Source: Candidatus Bathyarchaeota archaeon | GTDB lineage: Archaea; Thermoproteota; Bathyarchaeia; Bathyarchaeales; Bathycorpusculaceae | Reading direction: 5' to 3' | Length of the DNA: 64,000 nt | Assembly: GCA_963720565.1 (NCBI GenBank) | Contig: CAVRFW010000009.1 | Coordinates: forward strand, 160,001 to 224,000 | Shown here: one piece after another, positions 56,738 to 64,000 of the stretch | Layout of the letters: the number at the start of each line of letters is the position of its first letter | Position numbering within the stretch: position 1 is the first letter of the stretch | The notes under the pieces: generated by a model | Database searches by the model: none | What the model was told of the DNA's origin: nothing | The model's input: only the letters and a program-made list of their open reading frames with translations | Made by a program: the position numbers and the translations under genes

Positions 56738-57817
56738 ATGCCCGAAATTCGTGTAGCACTCGTAGGCGTAGGCAACAGTGCCTCCGCACTCATTCAGGGA
56801 ACACAATATTACAAGGATGCGAAAGAAGACACCACTGTTCCCGGACTCATGCACGTAAACTTCGGCGGATACCATATCCGAGACATAAGATTTGTTGCCG
56901 CCTTTGAAGTTAACCGAGACAAGATTGGTAAAGACCTCTCGGAAGCTATTTTTACTAAGCCAAACTGCGCTGTCAAGTTTGCAGATGTCCCCAATTTGGG
57001 CGTAAAAGTTTCTCCCGCACCAATAATGGATGGCGTTGCAAAACACATGGAGAAAGTCTTCAACATCTACGATGAGAAGAAGGAGGGTAGCGCCGACGTG
57101 GTTAAGGTTTTGAAAGAAGCAAAAGCTGAAGTGCTCGTGAACTATCTGCCTGTTGGCAGCCGAGAAGCAACGCGGTTTTACGCCCGAGCTGCGATGGATG
57201 CCGGATGTGCTTTTGTGAATTGCATGCCAGAGTTCATCGGTTCAAACACTGAATGGGCAAAAAAATTCGAAGAAGCTGGATTGCCCGTGCTAGGTGATGA
57301 CATCAAAAGTCAAGTTGGCGCCACAATTTTGCACAGGAACCTTGTTCGACTCTGCATAGACAGGGGCGTGATTATTGATGAAACCTATCAGCTTAACTTA
57401 GGCGGAGACACTGACTTCTTAAATATGACTGTTGAAGAACGGCTACACACGAAACGAATAAGCAAAACTGAGGCGGTTACAAGTCTGGTGCCCTATGAGT
57501 TACCGACTAGGATTGGACCATCCGATTACGTGCATTTCCTTAACAACAAGAAAATATGCTATATTACACTTAAAGGCAGGAAATTCGGTGACCGACCAAT
57601 AACGATAAACGTAAAACTTGAAGTTGAAGACTCGCCAAACAGCGGGGGAGTAGTCATCGATTTGATACGTGCAGCCAAGATAGCTTTAGACAGAAAAATA
57701 TCTGGATCATTACTAAGCATGCCTTCTTATGCGTTTAAACATCCGCCGATTCAGGTGCCTGACTCTCAAGCTAAACAATGGACTGAAGACTGGATCATGG
57801 GAAAAAGAGAACGCTAA
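56738..57817 (+). CDS. ino1: myo-inositol-1-phosphate synthase
   Basis: VGVGNSAS, NYLPVGS, GDDIKSQVGAT, NLGGDTDF, DSPNSGG, FKHPP. Confidence 0.95.
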   Translation: MPEIRVALVGVGNSASALIQGTQYYKDAKEDTTVPGLMHVNFGGYHIRDIRFVAAFEVNRDKIGKDLSEAIFTKPNCAVKFADVPNLGVKVSPAPIMDGVAKHMEKVFNIYDEKKEGSADVVKVLKEAKAEVLVNYLPVGSREATRFYARAAMDAGCAFVNCMPEFIGSNTEWAKKFEEAGLPVLGDDIKSQVGATILHRNLVRLCIDRGVIIDETYQLNLGGDTDFLNMTVEERLHTKRISKTEAVTSLVPYELPTRIGPSDYVHFLNNKKICYITLKGRKFGDRPITINVKLEVEDSPNSGGVVIDLIRAAKIALDRKISGSLLSMPSYAFKHPPIQVPDSQAKQWTEDWIMGKRER

Positions 57818-57912
57818 ACATCCACGAATGGATATCAAGAAACGAAGCGTTTCTATGAAACCTTTTAAAGGTCGAGATTCAAAGACTATTCCGAGTTTAG
57901 AGGTGCAAATGC

Positions 57913-58323
57913 ATGGTGAAAGTTGATAAGTATGAAGTGCCAGAAGGTCTTTACTACTCCAAAGAGTTTTCTTGGATAAAAATCGAAGACGACAAGGTCC
58001 GCATGGGCATAACCGACTACGCACAACAACAGCTCAGGGAAATAGTCTACGCCGAATTGCCTGAAGCGGGAACAGAGGTAAAGCAGAACGAACCATACGG
58101 TACTGTGGAGTCAGTAAAAGCCGTTTCCGACTTGGTCGCAGCTGTGAGCGGAACGGTGGAAGAAGTCAACTCTGAAGCACAGTCCAAGCCTGAGATTCTT
58201 AACGAGTCCCCATTTGAAAATGGCTGGCTTGTAATTGTCAAGCCTTCAAATCTGCAAGCTGAACTGCCGAACTTGATGAATTTTGATCAAGCTGTCGAAT
58301 GGCACAAAAACCAAGGAAAATGA
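57913..58323 (+). CDS. gcvH: Glycine cleavage H-protein family lipoyl carrier
   Basis: GITDYAQ, VESVKAVSD lipoyl-Lys, NESPFENGW. Confidence 0.92.
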   Translation: MVKVDKYEVPEGLYYSKEFSWIKIEDDKVRMGITDYAQQQLREIVYAELPEAGTEVKQNEPYGTVESVKAVSDLVAAVSGTVEEVNSEAQSKPEILNESPFENGWLVIVKPSNLQAELPNLMNFDQAVEWHKNQGK

Positions 58324-58334
58324 AGGAAGCCTCG

Positions 58335-59681
58335 ATGGTCAAGCGCATAGTAATAATCGGCGCCAACGCTGCAGGCGTTGAAGCTGCCTCAGCAGCGCGA
58401 AAAAAGGACCGTACAGCAGAGATTACACTTATAACTCAGGAAAAAACAGCCGGATACTCACGATGTGGCCTTCCATTCGTTATAGGCGGTCAGATACCAA
58501 ATTTCAAGGACTTGATAGTTTACCCGTCCGCATACTTCCAGATGCTGAAACTGATCTTGAAGAATGAAACAAAAGTCACAGCCATAAACACGAAAGAGAA
58601 GACAATCATAGCCATTGACAAGTCAGGCAACACTGAAACCCAGCAATACGACAGCCTGATAATAGCCACTGGAGCCGACGCCTTCATGCCACCGATAAAA
58701 GGAAGAGAGAAACAGGGAATTCTCTCTTTGCGAAACTTGGAAGACGGAGATAAAATACTGCAGGCCGTCCAAAATGGAGCTAAATCCGCTGTCATAATGG
58801 GCGCTGGTCTTATCGGGTTGGAAACAGGCGTAGCTTTGATCGAGAGAGGCCTGAAAGTAACCGTCGTGGAAATGTTGCCCCAGATTTTGCCCCAGATGCT
58901 GGACGCGGACATGGCTAAGCAGGTTCAGGAGCATCTGGTGGAGAAAGGCATGAGCATTCTAACTGGGAAAACAGTCGAAGAGTTTCTAGGTGACGACAAA
59001 GTAACTGGCATAATAGCAGGCGGAGAAAAAATTGAGGCAGACCTGTTCATAAGCGCCTTCGGCGTGCGAGCAAACACGAAACTGGCAGTTGACGCTGGAA
59101 TACCCTTGGGTGAAAGCCGCGCTATAAAAACCAACGCAAGAATGGAAACTGAAGTTAGAGACATATACGCCATCGGCGACTGCGCAGAAGCTCCCAACAT
59201 AATCACACACAGGCAGACGTGCGCTCAGCTTGGAACAGTCGCTGTTAGGCAGGGAAAGGTTGCTGGAATAAACTCTGCAGGAGAATACGCGCAGTTTGCC
59301 GGAGTCTTGGGATCCGCCGTAACACGGTTATTCGAGATTGAAGCTGGAGTAGTAGGCTTAACTGAAGCTTCAGCTGCTAAAGCCAGAATAGATGTAGTTA
59401 CTGGAGCCATCAGCTCCAAAACAAAGGCAGATTATTATCCTAATGCCAAACCTGTGAAGGTCAAGTTAATCGTCGAAAAAGAGTCACAGCGCATAATTGG
59501 CGCCCAAGTGGTCGGCGGTGAAGAAGTTACCCAACGCATAAACGCGGTAAGTTTTGCCATACAGAAGCAGATGACGATTCGAGAGCTCGCTAAAGCAGAC
59601 ACGGCTTATGCTCCCCCTCTGAATGAGACTTGGGAGCCCCTAGTGTTGGCTGCTGAAATGGTTCTTATGAAATTGCGTTAA
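58335..59681 (+). CDS. CoA-disulfide reductase / NADH oxidase-family flavoprotein
   Basis: IIGANAAG, YSRCGLP single redox Cys, GAGLIGLE, YAIGDC, AYAPP. Confidence 0.9.
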   Translation: MVKRIVIIGANAAGVEAASAARKKDRTAEITLITQEKTAGYSRCGLPFVIGGQIPNFKDLIVYPSAYFQMLKLILKNETKVTAINTKEKTIIAIDKSGNTETQQYDSLIIATGADAFMPPIKGREKQGILSLRNLEDGDKILQAVQNGAKSAVIMGAGLIGLETGVALIERGLKVTVVEMLPQILPQMLDADMAKQVQEHLVEKGMSILTGKTVEEFLGDDKVTGIIAGGEKIEADLFISAFGVRANTKLAVDAGIPLGESRAIKTNARMETEVRDIYAIGDCAEAPNIITHRQTCAQLGTVAVRQGKVAGINSAGEYAQFAGVLGSAVTRLFEIEAGVVGLTEASAAKARIDVVTGAISSKTKADYYPNAKPVKVKLIVEKESQRIIGAQVVGGEEVTQRINAVSFAIQKQMTIRELAKADTAYAPPLNETWEPLVLAAEMVLMKLR

Positions 59682-59754
59682 GCAAGCCTTTTCTTCTTTT
59701 TTCCTCATCTTGAGCGTACCAGAAAAAATCGTAGTAGGAAGAACTCTATTTCTC

Positions 59755-60210
59755 TCATAGTCCTGGTTGCGTGAACGGGCTTGTCATTCCGACTAGAAGC
59801 TTGCCAAAAGTGTCGATATGCGTTTCTTCTTCACTGAGAATTTCTTCAAGCAAACGCCTTGTAGTAAAATCGCCTTCTTCGCTAGCAACTTGCAGGGCTC
59901 GCTTGTACAGAACAATTGATTCTTCCTCGTCTTGCTCGTCCTGCTTCAGCATTTCGATTAAGCTACCGCCAACGAATATGGGGTCTGGTTTGCTTGTTGG
60001 CACTCCATTTAGGTAATTAAGTCTCTCAGCTAGTTTCTCGGCATGCTTCATTTCAGTGATGGAAATTTTTCTAAAAATGTCTTTGACTACTGCTCCATCC
60101 AGTCCGGTTACCTGGACATGTTGCCACATATACTGTATGCTTACCTGCAATTCCTTAGCAATGCCTTTGTTCAAGAGGTCTAACAATTTCTCAGAAGCCA
60201 AAGGAATCAC
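59755..60210 (-). CDS. Bacterioferritin/ferritin-like protein
   Basis: ELQVSIQYMWQH, EMKHAE..AER, EEETH. Confidence 0.88.
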   Translation of the reverse strand: MIPLASEKLLDLLNKGIAKELQVSIQYMWQHVQVTGLDGAVVKDIFRKISITEMKHAEKLAERLNYLNGVPTSKPDPIFVGGSLIEMLKQDEQDEEESIVLYKRALQVASEEGDFTTRRLLEEILSEEETHIDTFGKLLVGMTSPFTQPGL

Positions 60211-60342
60211 CCATAAACGATAGATTAGAATACGAATGAACGCTATTTAAAATGTGTTCCATTCCCGCCTAGGGAACGGATATTTCTGGGTTATAAACTC
60301 TCCACATGAAGGGATCAGGTGCTGATAATAAAGAAGTATTTG

Positions 60343-61551
60343 TTATGCCCAGAAGCTTTTTGAATATTCGCCTAAAACGCCCTCGTATATCTTCTTTGTC
60401 TGTTGCGCAATCTTTTCCCAATCGTACTTGTCCAGTATCTTCCTGTAGGCGTTTTCTACAAGGTTCTTCTTGTAGTTCTCATCTGTTAAAACTTTGACTA
60501 TTCCCCACGCCAGAGACTCAGGATTGTTCGGGTAAACCTTAACTCCTGTCCAATCATGATCTACGATTTCAGACAAACCACCTGTGTCTGAAACTACGAC
60601 GGGGCTCTTCGCTGCCATAGCTTCTAATGCAACTATGCCGAAAGGCTCAAAGAGTGAAGGTACAACCGAAACATCTGCGCATCTCTGAAGTCTGAGCAAT
60701 GTCGCATCGTCTGTGAATCCTGCAAAAAGCACTTTGTGCTCCATTTTCATGCTTCGCACTATGTTCAGGACCTGTTCTTTCATGTAGCCGCTTCCAACAA
60801 TAATGAATTTGGCATTGACCTTCTCTAGCACCTTAGGTACAGCATTAACCAAGACGTGAACTCCCTTCTCGTAAACTAGTCGTCCCACAAAAAGTACGAT
60901 CTTCTCTTCAGGCATAGCCCACCTTCTACGGAATGCTCCTAAATCCTCTTTTTGGAAGTCGCCAAAGACATGAGGCTTAACACCATTCGGAACCATAACT
61001 AGTTTATCTTGGGGAAGCCCAAAAGCCCATCGTACGTGCGAGACCATATACTCGCTGCAGCAGATCACTTTCCACGCCTCGTAAGTCAACCAAGCTTCTG
61101 TTTCGCTAATCATTTTCTCCGTATCTGTGTGGATTCCGTCCCTACGCCCAATCTCGGTCGAATGCATAGTAACCAGAAGCGGTTTCCTAAATACATGTTT
61201 CAGACCAATACCACAAGTGGCCACAAGCCAATCGTGAGCATGAAAGACATCAATCCCGCCAGGCAACTTTCTAGCTAACGCCGCCGCCTCTTTTTCCATG
61301 TTCAGGTTCATCAGATAAACCCAAGTTGCAAAATCCGGAGAGGGGTTCTTGTAGGAATCCACCCGATAAACCTCCACATCATCTATGACCTCGTGTGCAG
61401 GTGCGTCGGGAAAATCACATGTTATTACGTAAACTTTAACTCCTTTTTGGGCTAGGCTTTTGGAGAGGAAAAAGACATGAGGGGAAATTCCGCCTATAAC
61501 TCTGGGCGGAAACTCCCAACTTAGCATCATAACGCTCAACTCGTGTTTCAT
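60343..61551 (-). CDS. Glycosyltransferase family 4 (glycogen synthase-like)
   Basis: WEFPP..IGG, HAHDW, GRLVYEKG, EPFGIVALEAM. Confidence 0.92.
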   Translation of the reverse strand: MKHELSVMMLSWEFPPRVIGGISPHVFFLSKSLAQKGVKVYVITCDFPDAPAHEVIDDVEVYRVDSYKNPSPDFATWVYLMNLNMEKEAAALARKLPGGIDVFHAHDWLVATCGIGLKHVFRKPLLVTMHSTEIGRRDGIHTDTEKMISETEAWLTYEAWKVICCSEYMVSHVRWAFGLPQDKLVMVPNGVKPHVFGDFQKEDLGAFRRRWAMPEEKIVLFVGRLVYEKGVHVLVNAVPKVLEKVNAKFIIVGSGYMKEQVLNIVRSMKMEHKVLFAGFTDDATLLRLQRCADVSVVPSLFEPFGIVALEAMAAKSPVVVSDTGGLSEIVDHDWTGVKVYPNNPESLAWGIVKVLTDENYKKNLVENAYRKILDKYDWEKIAQQTKKIYEGVLGEYSKSFWA

Positions 61552-62183
61552 TTGTTTTTCAAGCCTCCGGATACTGCGCCGTATAGTGACAAAACTTCTT
61601 TCACCCAGGAGTTCGTATTAGGCTTGACAACCACTATTTTATCTCTCGGAACTTTGTATATCCTGATAATTTCATCGCGGATCCACTCTGTTTTTACGCT
61701 TATCTTTTTTGCTTCATAGAAGCCAAGCCACTCGATGCTTCTGATAGCCATGCTGTAGGGTGTGTTCGCTGCTGGAGAGCGATGGTCTTCAAGGCTTTCC
61801 ACTGAATAAACAAACGGTAAACCCAATCCGGTTTTCAAAATCACAGCAGCAGGCACGAAATGCCAGTCATATACATCAATAAGGTCGATCTGCCGGTTGG
61901 TGTTGAAGTAGATATTGGCTGCAACTCTCTCTACCTCTTGATTCAGGGTTAGAACCCATGTTAGTACGCCGATGTGAGTGCGAACAGGGTTGGAAACCCT
62001 AAAAACTTTCGTTCCGTTCGATTCTTCAGTTAAACCTGTCAGGAAGTCATGATATGTAACTAAATACGTTTCCACTTTATTCTTGACGAGTTGAGTTGTT
62101 AGCGCGCTTGTATATTCTGCAAGTCGGCCTACCACGCGTGGCGGGTATTCCCACGACAAAATCATAACGCGCATCAATTTCAC
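61548..62183 (-). CDS. Stand-alone GT4 N-terminal domain, paralogous to the adjacent GT4
   Basis: WEYPPRVVG, DVYDW; lacks the nucleotide-sugar-binding C-terminal domain. Confidence 0.75.
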   Translation of the reverse strand: MKLMRVMILSWEYPPRVVGRLAEYTSALTTQLVKNKVETYLVTYHDFLTGLTEESNGTKVFRVSNPVRTHIGVLTWVLTLNQEVERVAANIYFNTNRQIDLIDVYDWHFVPAAVILKTGLGLPFVYSVESLEDHRSPAANTPYSMAIRSIEWLGFYEAKKISVKTEWIRDEIIRIYKVPRDKIVVVKPNTNSWVKEVLSLYGAVSGGLKNK

Positions 62184-62446
62184 TACGTGAAAAGCGAGCA
62201 GACTTTAATTATTCCTCTTCCGTTTAGATAATAACGTTTTTTGCCTTCATTGTCATAGAAGCTTTCAGCGAAGCCCTCTGACTTATAGGTATCGAGGATG
62301 TTTTCGATTTCTGCTGGATCTCGTTGGAGAATCTGCGCTACATCGTCACCTCTTCTTGACAGGTCAGCTGCGGTCGCACATAAGTTATGTAGAGTCTGCA
62401 GGACTTTGTCCGGGAATGGAAGTTCTTCTCTCATATTTTGAGGCAC
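62183..62446 (-). CDS. Small hypothetical wHTH-like protein
   Basis: DVAQIL....EIENIL....GF...RYYL..RG; abuts the GT4-like gene. Confidence 0.6.
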   Translation of the reverse strand: MPQNMREELPFPDKVLQTLHNLCATAADLSRRGDDVAQILQRDPAEIENILDTYKSEGFAESFYDNEGKKRYYLNGRGIIKVCSLFT

Positions 62447-62507
62447 CCTGCCTTTCTTAATACTATTATCGATTTATCTTATAAACGCATATGCGTAACG
62501 GAAGCAG

Positions 62508-64000
62508 TTAGAAAAGCCTGAGTGCTTTCTTGACTTGCTTATTCAGTTTTACAAATCTCTGTTGTGCGGTCTGCGCAAGCGCTTTCCTGAGCAGCTTCCC
62601 TTTATTATTCAAGGTTTTTATAGTTCTCAATTGCTGCGCTAGAACTTGGTCGTGCAACGAATACTCTGCCCAACTCTCAAAATCTCCTCGGCAGTTGTGG
62701 AATTCAATTGATTTCTCATCCACTGATTGAAGGGCCTTTGCGAAACCTTTGAGGCTCCAGACCATTACGCCAGTGAAAAACTCTTTGCCGGCGTCTGTGT
62801 AGAATAAGAAGGGATCGTTTGCAGTGAAGATGGTGGTTCTGACTCGATTTTCAAAGTCAAGTATCGAAGATTGGGCAGTTACGAAAGCATCTGCAGCCGA
62901 CTGGTAGGGACTGAAGTAACTATGTACTTCGCCTGGTCCGCCGCCAGCTGTGAACATGTAATAGAGGTGGTCGCTTGTTTGGAAGTGTCGCCAAAGTCTT
63001 AGGTATTCTGGGTCCTCAGCTTCTTTTATGAAGGGTTCAAGTCTCCGCAAATTCGTATAGTAAGCCCATTGCATAGCGTTGCCGAGCCAACCGCTGCTGT
63101 CGCGTTCTAAGTCAGCCCATGAAACGGTTCCGCCCGATTCTGGTACGTTAATTTCTCCTTGAGCTTGATATTTTTCGATGACCTCTGAAGGCGTACTCAT
63201 TTGTAGATGTGGCCACTTGAGTATCTCTTCGGGCAGGTGACGAAGAAAGCTGTGGATACCTGTTTCTGGCCAGTGGTGTTCTCCAAAAGTTTCGTAGTCC
63301 GGGAAGATGTTTATGCAGTCGCCACGGGTATCTGCTAGCCAATGAGCGTATTTGTCTGCCGTAAGCGGCCACTCACTCCACCATCGGGCGCTGAAACGAA
63401 AGCCAATGTCGTCTGTGAGCTTGTAATTGCGGAGCAATATCCGAATCTTGCTTGAGCCTTTAGGCTTGTAGAGGTAGTTTGGGGATTTTTCGTGAAGTAT
63501 TTTTTCCACACCTTCAGTGAATATACCTTTGTATCCGAGATTTTCAACTACTTTTGCAATGGTGTTATTGTAGAGAAGTTCTGTATTCTCGAAAACGCTG
63601 GGTGAGTATCCGAGCAAGCTTTTGACTGCCTGGTGGTGCATTTTTACCTGTTCTATGAATTCTTCCTTCTCGGGGCAAAGGCTGCTAATCGAATGATAGT
63701 ATGTCTGATTTAGGAATTCGACGCACCCTGTGCTAGCGAGCTGTTTAAACGTTTCAAGGAGGTCAGCGTTGAACTTTTCGCACTGCTCCAAAAAAACGCC
63801 TGATACACTAAAAGAGACTTTTACTTTTCGTTTCTCCTTTCTGTACTCATCAATAACGTTGAGGAGTAATTCGTTCGATGGGAAATAGCATTTTTTTGAG
63901 GCGCGCTCAAAAATCTCCCTATCCACGCAATTGTCGAAATAATACTCAAAAAGTTCTTCCTTCTTCAACCGCCTAAAAACTTGGTTTTCCCAGAACAAAT
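62508..64000 (-). CDS. Glycoside hydrolase family 57 (alpha-amylase-like) with C-terminal DUF5752-like domain; 5' end outside the window
   Basis: QTYYHS, FENTEL nucleophile, DYETFGEH, SWAD, QTSDHLYYM; C-terminal SIEFH...GDFESW. Confidence 0.9.
   Translation of the reverse strand, partial: LFWENQVFRRLKKEELFEYYFDNCVDREIFERASKKCYFPSNELLLNVIDEYRKEKRKVKVSFSVSGVFLEQCEKFNADLLETFKQLASTGCVEFLNQTYYHSISSLCPEKEEFIEQVKMHHQAVKSLLGYSPSVFENTELLYNNTIAKVVENLGYKGIFTEGVEKILHEKSPNYLYKPKGSSKIRILLRNYKLTDDIGFRFSARWWSEWPLTADKYAHWLADTRGDCINIFPDYETFGEHHWPETGIHSFLRHLPEEILKWPHLQMSTPSEVIEKYQAQGEINVPESGGTVSWADLERDSSGWLGNAMQWAYYTNLRRLEPFIKEAEDPEYLRLWRHFQTSDHLYYMFTAGGGPGEVHSYFSPYQSAADAFVTAQSSILDFENRVRTTIFTANDPFLFYTDAGKEFFTGVMVWSLKGFAKALQSVDEKSIEFHNCRGDFESWAEYSLHDQVLAQQLRTIKTLNNKGKLLRKALAQTAQQRFVKLNKQVKKALRLF

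Noticed and set aside
1..64000. CRISPR arrays, transposases, integrases, phage or defence genes, rRNA
   Set aside because: None recognised in the ORFs or intergenic DNA. The 24-bp motif copies are dispersed and degenerate, not a CRISPR array.

Overview
This is a 64 kb archaeal chromosomal window, most consistent with a TACK-group anaerobe such as Bathyarchaeia. The evidence is TFB, Alba, Gar1, L7Ae/S28e/L24e/L40e, intron-containing tRNAs, an Ftr-family gene and membrane-anchored wHTH regulators; the taxon is an inference. Positions 1-25 kb are accessory and regulatory: arsR/acr3, a tandem ferritin-like protein, a TrmB-CBS regulator with a MEDS/PAS histidine kinase and two receivers, a multicopper oxidase, PPi-type PFK, sufCB, a radical SAM/SPASM enzyme and SPFH/NfeD. 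Positions 25.7-36.2 kb are an early purine-biosynthesis cluster. The rest is housekeeping: aspS, tfb, ribosomal proteins, the his operon, acdA, ribK, ino1, gcvH and glycogen-type GT4/GH57 genes. The best candidate for a new system is in the purine cluster. It encodes steps 1, 2, 4 and 5 (purF, purD, purSLQ, purM) but no purN or purT. Translationally coupled directly behind purD are a HAD phosphatase, an Ftr paralogue and a PfkB kinase (EhaR/S/T-like trio), which suggests a methanopterin- or methanofuran-dependent route from GAR to FGAR. Other signals outside the ORF track: seven copies of a 24-bp inverted repeat, six placed 5 nt upstream of TATA or TATA-like elements; a box C/D guide RNA; an unexplained structured RNA before hisG; a tRNA-Gly with a 29/30 intron; a probable ATA start for purF; three small ORFs; and four single-base insertions that are probably sequencing errors. 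No database searches were run.
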